Origin: an uncultured Planctomycetota bacterium
GTDB lineage: Bacteria > Planctomycetota > PLA2 > JAEUHO01
Assembly: GCA_963752285.1 (NCBI GenBank)
Contig: CAVVXN010000001.1
Coordinates: forward strand, 384,001-448,000
Direction of reading: 5' to 3'
Length of the DNA stretch: 64,000 nt
The notes under the pieces were generated by a model, which made no database searches, was not told the DNA's origin, and was given only the letters and a program-made list of their open reading frames with translations. The position numbers were made by a program, and so were the translations under genes. This document shows, in pieces, positions 47,248 to 56,998 of the stretch; position 1 is the stretch's first letter, and every line of letters starts with the position of its first letter.

Positions 47248-47682
47248 GTGCTCCGGCGCCCCGGTCGTGTGCCCTTCCTGCTGCTCCTCCTGGTCGCGGC
47301 GGGCGTCGGGATCGGCTTGGAGCGCCTCATCGTGACGGACGCGGAGGCGGTCGAGGACGTGGTCGTGGAGGCCACGAAGGCGGTGGACCGGGGCGACTTC
47401 GAGGCCTTCGGGCGGCTGCTCTCGCCCACCTACCGCGGCGAGGGCGGCACGCGGGACGGGGCGGTCGCCCGGGTCAGGAAGGCCTGGCGAGCGGACGGTC
47501 CCCGCGCCCTCGCGAGCACGGTGATCGGCGTGCAGGTGGACGGCGACGCCGCGCGGGCCCAGGTGAACGTGCGGGGGTTCTTCCTCGGCCGCCTCTTCCT
47601 GTTCCGGCTCGACGTCGGCTTCGTGCGCGAGGCCGACGGCTGGCGCGTCGCCTCGGCCGAGGTCCGCGACTCGGCGGGGTAG
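47248..47682 (+). CDS. Small membrane-anchored NTF2/SnoaL-like protein
   Basis: GAGAGG RBS; TM helix; LIVTDAEAV, AVDRGD....LLSPTY, FVREADGWRV. Confidence 0.6.
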   Translation: MLRRPGRVPFLLLLLVAAGVGIGLERLIVTDAEAVEDVVVEATKAVDRGDFEAFGRLLSPTYRGEGGTRDGAVARVRKAWRADGPRALASTVIGVQVDGDAARAQVNVRGFFLGRLFLFRLDVGFVREADGWRVASAEVRDSAG

Positions 47683-47702
47683 CGCGGCGGTCCGGCGGCT
47701 CC

Positions 47703-48974
47703 TCAGGGCTCGCGGACCCAGCGCAGGATCTCGCCGAGCCGCGGCGGCTTCCCGTACATGAGGATGCCCGTCCGGAAGATGCGGCCCGCGAGGCGCACGG
47801 CGAACACCGTGGAGACGGCCAGGAGCGCGAGGCTCGCGGGGACCTGCCACGCCGGGGGGCCGGGGACGACCGCGGCGCGCGCCATCATGAGGAACGGCGT
47901 GAACGGCGGGATGAACGAGGCCACCGTGGCGAGGGTGCCGTTCGGGTCCTTCAACACCACCATGGCGATCAGGAGCGGCAGCGCGAGCAGGATCGAGATC
48001 GGCGCCATGAGGTTCTGCGCCTCCTTCAGGGTGTTGCAGGCGCTCCCGACGGCCACCATCAGGCTCGCGATGAGCAGGTAGCCGAGCACGTAGTACGCGA
48101 CGAAGAGTCCGATCTGCCCGCCGGTCACGATGCCGCCGACGCCCTGGATCTCGGCCGCGAGCAGACCGCCGCCGATCCAGAGGCCGAGGAGCGTGAAGCC
48201 CACCGCGCAGATGCCGAGCACCTTGCCCGCCATGAGCTCGAACGGGCTCACCGACGAGAGGAGGATCTCGAACACCCGGCTCGCCTTCTCCTCGATCGTG
48301 CTGTTCACGAGCATCTGGCTCACGCCGACGATGCCCATGAAGAGGAAGAACATGAACACGAACGGCATCACGAACTCGAACACGCTGCTCGCCTTGCCCG
48401 TGCGCGTGAGCCCGACGGGCTTCGTCGCGTCGCGGGCGAGCAGCTCGGCATCCTTCGGGTCGATGTCGCGGGCCTTCATGATGCGCCGGTTCACCGCGGC
48501 GTTCAGGACTTCGAGGAGCTGGTGCGCGGCGGCGGAGCCCGCCACGCTGGCCGCGTGGAAGATGCCGCCGGGGCGCTCGCCGTCGTGCGTCGGACGCTTC
48601 TCGAGCACCGAGGGCGTCACCACGACGAGGACCAGGTCCCCCTCCGCGACCTGGGTGCGCAGCCGGTCGAAGGGGGTCGTTCCCGCCGCGCCCGGCGTGA
48701 ACGCCTGGTCGGCGTCCTCGACCGTGACCTCGAAGGCGGGGGCTCCCCGCGCGGTCTTCCGCTCGACGATGCGGTCCTTCAGGTCCGGCGCGAGCTGGCC
48801 GGTCAGGTCGAGGATCCCGACCGGCTGGCGGGCGGACTCCTGCTCCTTCGCGAGCTGCGGGACCACGAACACGAGCCCGAACCAGAGCGGCGTCAGCACG
48901 ACGCCGATCAGGAACGCCTTCGTGCGCACGTTCTCGAGGTATTCGCGCACGAGGATCAGGATCACGCGGCTCAC
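47703..48974 (-). CDS. ABC-2 type transporter permease (NatB/YhaP-like)
   Basis: REYLENVRTKAF, IEEKASRVFEILLSSV, GKVLG, FIPPFTPFLM, IFRTGILMYGK. Confidence 0.92.
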   Translation of the reverse strand: MSRVILILVREYLENVRTKAFLIGVVLTPLWFGLVFVVPQLAKEQESARQPVGILDLTGQLAPDLKDRIVERKTARGAPAFEVTVEDADQAFTPGAAGTTPFDRLRTQVAEGDLVLVVVTPSVLEKRPTHDGERPGGIFHAASVAGSAAAHQLLEVLNAAVNRRIMKARDIDPKDAELLARDATKPVGLTRTGKASSVFEFVMPFVFMFFLFMGIVGVSQMLVNSTIEEKASRVFEILLSSVSPFELMAGKVLGICAVGFTLLGLWIGGGLLAAEIQGVGGIVTGGQIGLFVAYYVLGYLLIASLMVAVGSACNTLKEAQNLMAPISILLALPLLIAMVVLKDPNGTLATVASFIPPFTPFLMMARAAVVPGPPAWQVPASLALLAVSTVFAVRLAGRIFRTGILMYGKPPRLGEILRWVREP

Positions 48975-49912
48975 GACGTCTCTCCCGCGATCCGCTTGAA
49001 GATCTCGTGGAGGCTCGGCGCTCTCACCTCGAAGCCGGTCACGTCGGCGCGGTCCACGAGGGCACGGAGCAGCGCCGACGGGTCGGCGTCGGACGCGAGC
49101 ACGAGCTCCGCCTCCTGTCCCTGATCGTCGACGCGCGTGACGCCCGGCAGGCCCGCGAGGACCTGACCGGGGCGCAGGCGGTACCGGATGCGCGCCGCGC
49201 GGCGCCCCTCGGCCGCGCGGACCGCGTCGAGCGTGCCCTGACGCACCACGCGGCCGCGGTGGAGGAGCACGAGCCGGTCGCAGAGCTGCTCCGCCTGCTC
49301 CATCACGTGGGTCGAGAACACGACCGTGGTGCCCGACCGGTTCAACTCGAGCACGGCGTCCCGGAGCACGTCGCGATTCACGGGATCGAGACCCGCGAAG
49401 GGCTCGTCGAGCACCAGGAGCTCGGGCTCGTGCACCACCGTGGCCACGAACTGGAGCTTCTGGGCCATGCCCTTCGAGAGCTCCTCGACGCGCCGGTCCC
49501 GCCAGCCCTCGAGGCCCATCCGCGCGAGCCATCGCGAGACGAGGGGTTCCAGGCTCTCCCGTCGGCGGCCCTTGATGCGTCCGTAGAAGATGAGCAGCTC
49601 GCCGACGCGCATCTTCTTGTAGAGGCCCCGTTCCTCGGGGAGATAGCCGATCCGGCTCTTCACGGCGTCGCCCGCGGCCTCCCCCAGCACCCGGATCGTC
49701 CCGTCGTCGGGACGCAGGATGTCCATGAGCATGCGGATGCTCGTGGTCTTGCCCGCGCCGTTCGAGCCGAGGATGCCGAAGAGGGCGCCCCGCGGCACCC
49801 GGAGGTCGATGCCTCCGACCGCGGTGAAGTCGCCGTAGCGCTTCACGACGCCCTCGAAGACGACCGCCAGGTCGCCGTCCTCGGGGGGGCCGTCTTCGGG
49901 GTCCGCTCCCAT
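48971..49912 (-). CDS. ABC transporter ATP-binding protein (NatA/YhaQ-like)
   Basis: GSNGAGKT, GYLPEERGLY, LSKGMAQK, LDEPFAGLDPVN, PSLHEIF. Confidence 0.93.
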   Translation of the reverse strand: MGADPEDGPPEDGDLAVVFEGVVKRYGDFTAVGGIDLRVPRGALFGILGSNGAGKTTSIRMLMDILRPDDGTIRVLGEAAGDAVKSRIGYLPEERGLYKKMRVGELLIFYGRIKGRRRESLEPLVSRWLARMGLEGWRDRRVEELSKGMAQKLQFVATVVHEPELLVLDEPFAGLDPVNRDVLRDAVLELNRSGTTVVFSTHVMEQAEQLCDRLVLLHRGRVVRQGTLDAVRAAEGRRAARIRYRLRPGQVLAGLPGVTRVDDQGQEAELVLASDADPSALLRALVDRADVTGFEVRAPSLHEIFKRIAGETS

Positions 49913-49922
49913 CGGGCCGATC

Positions 49923-50855
49923 CTACCTGTCGCCGGGGTCCCGCGGGGGGAGCGGGTGCACCTCGCCCTCGACGGTCTGGCGCTGGTCCAGGTCCTCGCG
50001 CGTCCGGCCGTCGTCGGCGAGGAGGCGCGTGTGCTCCTCGTATCTCCACGTGAGCGGCAGGCCCGTGTCGCGATCCACTTCGGCCGTTCCCTTCGTGAGC
50101 ACGCCGACGCGGAGGGACGCGGCGTCCCCTCCGGCGCGGACGACGCCGTCCACCTCGACCAGCGCGTCGAGCGACAGGGCGACGTGCCCGCTGCGGTCCA
50201 CGCCCTCGACGCGGACCCCGCCCCGCGCGCGCGGACGCGGCGCGTCCACGCCGAGCGCGCGGGCCTCGGGCAGGTCGAGGCCACCGAGCTCGGCGCGGGG
50301 CACGACGCCACCGACGCGGACGGGCCGCGCGGGCCACCACCGGGGCGTGTCCCCGAACCCGCAGAGCCAGAGACCGCGGAACAGGCGCTCGGCGTCCTTC
50401 GGGGCCGGCCCGAGGAAGCGCACGACGGGGGCGCCCGCGCGGTCGGTCGGCTCGAGGCGCGCCGTGAGCCCGTCGAGGCCGGCGACGTACTCCGCTCCGA
50501 CGCCGTCGCTCCCGAGGACGCGGAGTGTGAGCTGGGCGCCCCGTCCTCCACCCGTCACCGCCGCGTCGTACGAGGCCTCGATCGAGAGGCGGGCGCTCCC
50601 CGCGCGGGTCGGGTGGCCCGCGCGGGCGACCTCGAAGCGCGTCTCTACCGTCGCGACGAAGCGGCCGCCGGCGGGGGCGCTGCCGATCGCGAAGGCCTCG
50701 CCGGACGGCGTGTCGGCGAGCGGCCCGGGCGCGAGGCCGTGCGGCGGCAGCTCGGGCGGCCCGCCGCAGGAGGCGAACAGGGAGGCGGCCAGCGCGAGGG
50801 CCCCGAGGACGGTCGCCCGGCCGTGCCGGGGGGCGGCCGCCCGGCGGCGCCTCAT
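49923..50855 (-). CDS. Hypothetical lipoprotein
   Basis: ATGA overlap with the dipeptidase stop; lipobox LFASC; beta-rich body. Confidence 0.6.
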   Translation of the reverse strand: MRRRRAAAPRHGRATVLGALALAASLFASCGGPPELPPHGLAPGPLADTPSGEAFAIGSAPAGGRFVATVETRFEVARAGHPTRAGSARLSIEASYDAAVTGGGRGAQLTLRVLGSDGVGAEYVAGLDGLTARLEPTDRAGAPVVRFLGPAPKDAERLFRGLWLCGFGDTPRWWPARPVRVGGVVPRAELGGLDLPEARALGVDAPRPRARGGVRVEGVDRSGHVALSLDALVEVDGVVRAGGDAASLRVGVLTKGTAEVDRDTGLPLTWRYEEHTRLLADDGRTREDLDQRQTVEGEVHPLPPRDPGDR

Positions 50856-51799
50856 GCCGGGAGGACCCTCTCGAGCACGCGGATCCAGTTTCGGCCCATC
50901 ACCGCGAGCACGTCGGCCTCCCGCCATCCGCGCACGCGGAGGGCGTCGGCGATGCGCAGCAAGTCGGCCGCGCTCCCGATGCCGTCGGGCGCCATGTCCG
51001 TGGTGAACCCGCCGTCGAGGTCGCTCCCGATCGCGACGTGCTCGGGACCCGTGACCTCCACCACGTGCTCCACGTGTCGGATCACGTCGTCGATCGTCGC
51101 GCGGCCGGCGGCGAGCAGCGGGCCGTAGAGCATCACGCCGATCACGCCGTCGCGCTCCGCGATCGCCGCGAGGTGCGCGTCGGAGAGGTTCCGGCGGTGG
51201 GGGAGAACGGCGTGTGCGTTCGAGTGACTCGCGACGACGAGCCCGCTCCAGGCCGCGAGCACGTCGTCGAGCGCGTGCGTGTTCAGGTGCGAGAGGTCGG
51301 GGACGACGCCCTCCGCCTCCATCGCGGCGAGGAGACGGCGTCCGTCGTTCGTGAGCCCGCCGTCGTCCTTCGTCCCGCCGGACCAGCGGTTCGGCGTGTT
51401 CCACGCGAGCCCGATGAACCGCACGCCGTCCTCGGCCCAGCGCGCGACCTCGTCCGTCCTGTCGATCGGGTCCGCGCCCTCCATCAGGTGCACGAGGCCG
51501 ATCGGACCCCCTGCGCGGCAGAGCGAGAGGTCGCCGCGGCTCTCGAGGCGGAAGAGATCGTCGGCGTGTCGCAGCAGCAGCTCGTCGTAGCAGCGCATCT
51601 GACGGCGCGCCGCCTGCGAGGCGGACTCGCCCTTCCAGAAGCCGCTCGGCGCGAAGATCGTCGCGAAGAGGACGCCCACGCCTCCGCGCTTGAGGTCGGG
51701 GAGGGCGAGGGCGCGGCCCGGCGGAGCGGGGCGACCGAAGTCGCGTCCCGGCTCCAGGAGCAGGGCCATCGCGATGTCCTGGTGGCCGTCGACGATCAC
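50852..51799 (-). CDS. Membrane (renal-type, M19) dipeptidase
   Basis: VDGHQD, MEGAD, DLSH, ASHSN, RNL.D, IGSDLDG, GRNWIR. Confidence 0.92.
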   Translation of the reverse strand: MIVDGHQDIAMALLLEPGRDFGRPAPPGRALALPDLKRGGVGVLFATIFAPSGFWKGESASQAARRQMRCYDELLLRHADDLFRLESRGDLSLCRAGGPIGLVHLMEGADPIDRTDEVARWAEDGVRFIGLAWNTPNRWSGGTKDDGGLTNDGRRLLAAMEAEGVVPDLSHLNTHALDDVLAAWSGLVVASHSNAHAVLPHRRNLSDAHLAAIAERDGVIGVMLYGPLLAAGRATIDDVIRHVEHVVEVTGPEHVAIGSDLDGGFTTDMAPDGIGSAADLLRIADALRVRGWREADVLAVMGRNWIRVLERVLPA

Positions 51800-51933
51800 G
51801 GGGCGTGATTCTGAGGGCGCCGGGCTCCGACGGGAAGCCCGTTCGGGGCACGGGCCGGGGGGAAATCGCCTCCGACGCGCGCCGGCGGCGCCGGCCCCGG
51901 CCTCCCTTCGGACCGCCGGGTAGGCTTCCCCAC

Positions 51934-52617
51934 GTGGCCCGTGACGACCCGAGGACCGAGCTCCACGCGCACGAGCGGCCGATCCTGCTCGTGCTCCCGT
52001 TTGGGACGCACCCGGCGGAGGGCTTCCGGGCGCTCCTCGCGCACGGGGAGATCGCCGCCTGGCACCTGCCCGCGCCGTGGGCGCTCGAACCGGCGGGGCT
52101 GGACGTCCTCGGCGCCCGACCCTCGATCGGGACCCTGGCCCCCGACGCCCTCGGGACCTACCTCGACACCCTGATCGGGCTCGCCACGCCCGAGGCGCTG
52201 GAGCAGCTCGTCCTCCGGGTCTGGCGGGAGGCGCCCGAGGAGGTCCGGGGCTTCTACCTGCGCCGACCCCTGTTCGGCACCCTGGCCCAGATGGTCGGCC
52301 TCGTCTCGAGGAGCCGGGACGTCGCGCCCCCGCCCGAGTTCGTGGAGGCGCAGGTCTCGGTCCACCGCTTCGAGCTGGAGTACCGGCTCGCCCGGGCCCC
52401 GGGCGGGGGGCGCGACCCGAGGGCGCCCGCGGAGGAGGGCTCGCTCGTCCTCTACCCGTTCGACCCGACGAACCGACTCGCGCGCCGGGAGGCCGGTCTT
52501 TCCGAGTCGGGGGGCCCACTCCTCGAGGCGTTCGCGTACGCCGAGGCGCGTGACCGCCATCGCCGCGTCCTGCGCGAGGTCGCCGTCGCGCGCGGCTGGC
52601 AGGTGCTCGACGGCTGA
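51934..52617 (+). CDS. Hypothetical protein
   Basis: GTG 7 nt after TAGGCT; codon bias typical of real genes here; no family recognised. Confidence 0.6.
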   Translation: MARDDPRTELHAHERPILLVLPFGTHPAEGFRALLAHGEIAAWHLPAPWALEPAGLDVLGARPSIGTLAPDALGTYLDTLIGLATPEALEQLVLRVWREAPEEVRGFYLRRPLFGTLAQMVGLVSRSRDVAPPPEFVEAQVSVHRFELEYRLARAPGGGRDPRAPAEEGSLVLYPFDPTNRLARREAGLSESGGPLLEAFAYAEARDRHRRVLREVAVARGWQVLDG

Positions 52618-52621
52618 CCCG

Positions 52622-54316
52622 TCAGGGCGCGAGGACGAGCGTGTACCGCTCGGGAGGCGCGCGGTCCCCGCCCGGGACGACCTCGAGGTCGAGCGCGCGC
52701 GTGGGGTAGGGCTCCCCCACCAGGGTCGCGGCGTCGATCGCCACCTCCGCCGATCGCCCGGTCTGCGCCAGACGGGGCCGGCCGCGGTCCGCACGGACGG
52801 CCGGCCCACCCTCCGAGAGCGCGATCCGGGTCGTCCCGCCGACCGCGTCCCCGAGCACGACCTCCTTCGGGAACGGGGCCCTCAGGCCGAGCACGAGGCG
52901 GTGGCCGTCCGAGAGGACGAGGACGCCACCGACACGGACGGCGTACGACCACGCCGCCTCGTCGAGCCGACCGTCGAGGACGACGGGCGCGGGGACCCGC
53001 GGCACGAGGCGCGCGCCCGACGCGTTCGCGGCGACGCGGTCGGCGTCCCGTCCGATCGCTGCCGACAGGGGACGCATCCAGGGCACCGCGTCGTGGGTGC
53101 GGCGCGCCTCGGCCCCGAGACGCGCGGCGCTCTCCCGGAGGAACGCCACGGGGTCCTCGGCGCCGGGCGGCAGGAGGGGGAGGAGGATCGGCTCCCAGGG
53201 CTCGGGTCCGGCCTCGCGTCCGAACCAGGCCGCGTCCAGCAGGTCGTCCGCGTCCGTCATCCCCCCGACCACGATCCCCGCGAAGCGCGACGAGAGGTCC
53301 GCCGGGCGTCCCGGCGGCAGGCAGGGCACGCGGGGCGGGGCGCCGGGGGCGTCGAGGGGGGCGAAGAACCCTTCGTAGAGGAGCAGCGAGCCGCCCGCCT
53401 CGCGCCGCCGGGCCTCGACCTGCCCGGGCTCCGGACCCTCCGGCGGGATCCGCCAGGCCCACGCGATCCCCGGTACCGCTACGAGCGGCGCGCTCGACGA
53501 GGCGGGGACCACGACGAGGCGCTCGAGGCCGCTCCCTCTGAGCGCGGCTTCGAGCGGCGACCGCGCGCGCCGCGGGGTGAGCGCCGCGTTCGCCAGGACG
53601 ACGGCGCCTTCGACGGCGCCGCGCGCCGGCCAGCTCGCGAGTCGACGTCCCGCCGCGCGTACCTCGTCGCGCGTGCGCGCCGTCACGCGCGGCACGGGGA
53701 CGACGCCGCGCGGCGCGAGCCGGAGGAGCGCCGCCCGGATCTCGTCCTCGCTCGCGCGGTCGAGGTCGATCCACACGGCGTCGGCCCGGTGGCGGAGCGC
53801 CGTCTCGACCGCCTCCGCGAGGTGCGCGCCACCGTCGATCGCGCGCCGCGCGTAGCCAGGCGTCACCCGCCGGACGCCCTCGGGGATGCCGAGTCCCGGA
53901 CCCTCGGGCGCGCGCCCGAGCGCCGCGTCCCGCGCGGCGCCCAGATCGGAGCGCGCGGCGAGCAGCGCGGCCGCGCCGTCGGCCAGGACGACGCCGACGG
54001 GCCGGTCGCCGTCCCACCACCCGGCGACGACGTAGCCGCCGGCGAGGTCCTCGCCCGGGTCGATCACGCCGAGCGCCTCGCCGAGGTCGCGGGCCCGCGG
54101 GTCGCGGTCGATCAGGCCGAGGACCAGCAGCGGCCCGTCGGGCAGCGGCCACGCGAGCGCGGACGGCGCGCGCCCACGGGGCAGGTCGGCGGCCCACGCC
54201 GACGGCACGCCCGGCGACGCGAGAACGGTGGCGCCGTCCAGCGCGAGGTCGCCTCGGGCGCGCGGGGCGAGGCACGTCGCGAGCAGGACAAGGGCCAGGA
54301 AGGCGCCTCTCGGCAT
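52622..54316 (-). CDS. Exported protein resembling a degenerate GH20/GH84-like glycosidase scaffold with CBM9-like C-terminus
   Basis: Signal peptide; zincin-like N-domain pattern (GYVV...VVL.DG.AAL); GRPADLSSRFAGIVV; PVVLDGRLDEAAW. Confidence 0.45.
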   Translation of the reverse strand: MPRGAFLALVLLATCLAPRARGDLALDGATVLASPGVPSAWAADLPRGRAPSALAWPLPDGPLLVLGLIDRDPRARDLGEALGVIDPGEDLAGGYVVAGWWDGDRPVGVVLADGAAALLAARSDLGAARDAALGRAPEGPGLGIPEGVRRVTPGYARRAIDGGAHLAEAVETALRHRADAVWIDLDRASEDEIRAALLRLAPRGVVPVPRVTARTRDEVRAAGRRLASWPARGAVEGAVVLANAALTPRRARSPLEAALRGSGLERLVVVPASSSAPLVAVPGIAWAWRIPPEGPEPGQVEARRREAGGSLLLYEGFFAPLDAPGAPPRVPCLPPGRPADLSSRFAGIVVGGMTDADDLLDAAWFGREAGPEPWEPILLPLLPPGAEDPVAFLRESAARLGAEARRTHDAVPWMRPLSAAIGRDADRVAANASGARLVPRVPAPVVLDGRLDEAAWSYAVRVGGVLVLSDGHRLVLGLRAPFPKEVVLGDAVGGTTRIALSEGGPAVRADRGRPRLAQTGRSAEVAIDAATLVGEPYPTRALDLEVVPGGDRAPPERYTLVLAP

Positions 54317-54373
54317 TCCGAGAGCCTACGCGGGCGTGCGCGAACCTCGTAGGGGTCCGCCTACAATCGCCCC

Positions 54374-55072
54374 GTGACGCGCGCGGCGATCCTGGTGGTG
54401 GGAGACGAGATCCTGGCCGGGGAGGTCACGGACCGGAACGGCGCCCTGGTGCTGAGCGTGCTCCCGGCGGCCGGCGTGCCGGTCGTCCGCCTCGTCGCGG
54501 TGCCCGACCGCGAAGAGGACATCGTGGACGAGCTCGGGCGCCTGCGCGCGCTCGCGGACGTGGTGATCGTGTCGGGCGGGATCGGCCCCACCCACGACGA
54601 CGTCACGCGGCCCGCCGTCGCGCGCGCGCTGGGCGTCCCCCTCGAGACGCATCCGGACGCCGAGCGACGGATCCGCGCGTGGTACGCGGACCGCGCGACC
54701 GACGCCGAGCTCGGGATGGGCGTCCTGCCGGCCGGGGCCCGCCTCCTCCCCGGAGAGCGGACGGGGACGTTCGGCTTCGAGATCGGTGGGGTGCACGTGC
54801 TGCCGGGCGTGCCGTTGCTCTTCGCGGACATCCTGAAGCCGCTCGCCGCGACCCTGCCCGCCCGGACGACGTACCGCGAGGTGCTCTCGACCGGCCGTCG
54901 CGAGGGCGAGATCGCGCCCTCGCTCGCGGCGGTGCAGGGCCGTTCGCCCGACGTGGCGATCGGCTCGTACCCGGTCCTCGAGGACGGCCGGTGGCACGTC
55001 CGCGTCGTCCTCCGCGCGATCGACCCCGACCGTCTCGCGGCGGTCGCGCGCGAGGTCCGCGCCGTGCTCTGA
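54374..55072 (+). CDS. CinA-like molybdopterin-binding (MoCF) domain protein
   Basis: AAILVVGDEILAG...DRN, SGGIGPTHDDVT, LPGVP, REGEIA, IGSYP. Confidence 0.88.
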   Translation: MTRAAILVVGDEILAGEVTDRNGALVLSVLPAAGVPVVRLVAVPDREEDIVDELGRLRALADVVIVSGGIGPTHDDVTRPAVARALGVPLETHPDAERRIRAWYADRATDAELGMGVLPAGARLLPGERTGTFGFEIGGVHVLPGVPLLFADILKPLAATLPARTTYREVLSTGRREGEIAPSLAAVQGRSPDVAIGSYPVLEDGRWHVRVVLRAIDPDRLAAVAREVRAVL

Positions 55073-55243
55073 CCCGGGGACCGTCCGGGAACGACTGTCC
55101 CCCGTTCCACGCGCCTTCACGCCGTCTGCGGCCCCTCCTCGGGCGCGAATTCCTCGACGTAGCTGGCGCTACGCCTGCGGATCCGCTTCCTCGTCGTGAC
55201 CCCATCCGACGCGAATGCGAGCGTCCTTGGTACCCCTCGTTCC

Positions 55244-55267
55244 CGGACGGGCCCCGGGGCCCGTCCG
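55244..55267. terminator. Perfect 24-bp palindrome between the convergent cinA-like gene and the tRNA; possible terminator hairpin
   Basis: CGGACGGGCCCC|GGGGCCCGTCCG; no U-tract. Confidence 0.35.
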
Positions 55268-55327
55268 CGCGGGTGCCGAACGAAGCCGGGCGGCGCCCAC
55301 GTTCGAGGGACGCCGCCCGGAGGGAGA

Positions 55328-55403
55328 TGGTGGAGCTGAGGGGACTCGGACCCCTTACCTCCTGATTGCGAACCAGGCGCTCTACCAGATGAGCTACAGC
55401 CCC
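55328..55403 (-). tRNA. tRNA-Ala (anticodon CGC)
   Basis: GGGGCTGTAGCTCATCTGGTAGAGCGCCTGGTTCGCAATCAGGAGGTAAGGGGTCCGAGTCCCCTCAGCTCCACCA: 76 nt, G3:U70 pair, encoded CCA. Confidence 0.95.
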
Positions 55404-55468
55404 ATGGGGTGCCCGACGGTACCCGCTCGCCCGGCCGGGTCAAGGGCCGGGCGGGCGCGGGGTCGCGG

Positions 55469-56854
55469 TCAGCGATCGTCCCCGGCGGCCTGGGCCGCGA
55501 GCGCGACGAGGAACGGAAGGGGCTGGTCGGCCAGGCACTTGAGGATCGTCCCGCCCGCGGTGAACGCGTGCGTCACGTCCCCGATCGAGCCGAACCGCTC
55601 GAGGGCGGCGCGTCCCTCGCCGCCGCCCACGTACACCTCGATCCCGTCCTTGGCGAGGTGCTGCAGGGTCCGCACCAGCGCCTCGGTGCCGCCGGCGAAG
55701 GTGATCACCTCGAACTTGCCCATCACCCCGTTGTGGAACGCGACGCGGCGCTTCGTCCGCACGGCCCAGGCGCGCATGCGCTCGTCGAAGAGCGCGCGCG
55801 TCACGGGCCCGACGTCGAGCTGCCACTGGTCGTCGGGGATGTGTTCCGAGACCGTGCCGTCGTCGAGGACGAAGTCCTTCGGCAGCACGACCTCCACCCG
55901 CCGGCGCTCCGCCTCCTCCAGGAGCCGGCGGGCCGTCTCGACGGCCGAGGGGGGCACGTACGCCTTCTCCTCCTTGTTCTCCTCGCGCCCTGCCGCGCCG
56001 ATCGAGACCTCCTCGCCGCGCAGCTCGCCCCGGGCCTTCGCGAGGGCCATGGCCAGGCTCCCGCCCGCCACGATCGTCTCGACGCGGCCCTGCTGCACGA
56101 TGCCGTGGAGCTGCTTCAGCTTGTCGAGCTTCAGGCCGGAGAACACGACGAGCCCCGCCTCGCGGGCGCGGAGCGCGTGCTCCCTCAGCTCTCGCTGCGT
56201 GAAGGCGCCGAGCGCGACCCGGCCCATCGCGAGCGGGAGAGCCGTCGTCGAGAAGTCCTTGTTGCCGGCCGCGATCGCGTCGTTCACGTACACCGTCGCG
56301 CCCTGGCGGAAGGCGCCCGCGATGCGGCGGAAGTCGTCGGCGACGTCGTCGAGTCCCTCCTCGACGGTCTTCCAGAGCCGCATCTCGAAGCTGTAGCGCC
56401 GCAGGTTCTCGAAGACGAGGAAGTGCCCCGGCTTCAAGCCCTCGATCGCCTTGACGGCCACCCCCGAGAGCGCCTCCGCGCGCTCGTCGAACCAGTCGCG
56501 GATGAACGGCCCGCAGCTCGGCTCCGTGTCGCGGAGCTTCTGGTACACGTACTCCAGGGTGAGGTCGGGCTTCCGGCCGCGGTGCCCGATCACGAGCATC
56601 CGCCACCCGTGCTCCCGCCCGAACGCCAGCGTCTCGTGGAGGCCGGCCAGGCGGGGGTCGTCCCCGATGACGCCGTCGCGGTCGGCGACGTCGAGGTCCG
56701 CACGCACCCAGACCGGGGTTCCCCGGGGCAGGTCCGCGAGATCTTCGAGCGCCGGGATCGAGGGCAGGAGGTGCTCGATGCTCGCCTCCGCCTCGCCGAA
56801 GCCGGTGGCCCGGCGGAGCGCGTCCGTGAATGTCTGGTCGTGGAGCTGCGGCAT
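55469..56854 (-). CDS. Divergent phosphoglycerate-kinase-family protein
   Basis: VRADLDV, GHRGR, FENLR, VNDA, AGGSLA, VVLPKD, LDVGP, NGVMGKFE, GGGE; many canonical residues altered. Confidence 0.8.
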   Translation of the reverse strand: MPQLHDQTFTDALRRATGFGEAEASIEHLLPSIPALEDLADLPRGTPVWVRADLDVADRDGVIGDDPRLAGLHETLAFGREHGWRMLVIGHRGRKPDLTLEYVYQKLRDTEPSCGPFIRDWFDERAEALSGVAVKAIEGLKPGHFLVFENLRRYSFEMRLWKTVEEGLDDVADDFRRIAGAFRQGATVYVNDAIAAGNKDFSTTALPLAMGRVALGAFTQRELREHALRAREAGLVVFSGLKLDKLKQLHGIVQQGRVETIVAGGSLAMALAKARGELRGEEVSIGAAGREENKEEKAYVPPSAVETARRLLEEAERRRVEVVLPKDFVLDDGTVSEHIPDDQWQLDVGPVTRALFDERMRAWAVRTKRRVAFHNGVMGKFEVITFAGGTEALVRTLQHLAKDGIEVYVGGGEGRAALERFGSIGDVTHAFTAGGTILKCLADQPLPFLVALAAQAAGDDR

Positions 56855-56998
56855 GGTGGCCCCCGCGGCGAAGGAGCGCCAAAGAGCATAGCCCCGCGGC
56901 CGGTCGGGGTCGCGTCCGCGCCCGCCGCCGGACCGGGGCGGAGGCGAACGGGGCCGTGGTCGGAGGACGGGCGCACCCCGTCGGTAGACTGAGCGCCC

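Noticed and set aside
55073..55327. Integrative element or att site downstream of tRNA-Ala
   Set aside because: No duplicated tRNA 3' end seen in the window, no integrase and no compositional shift
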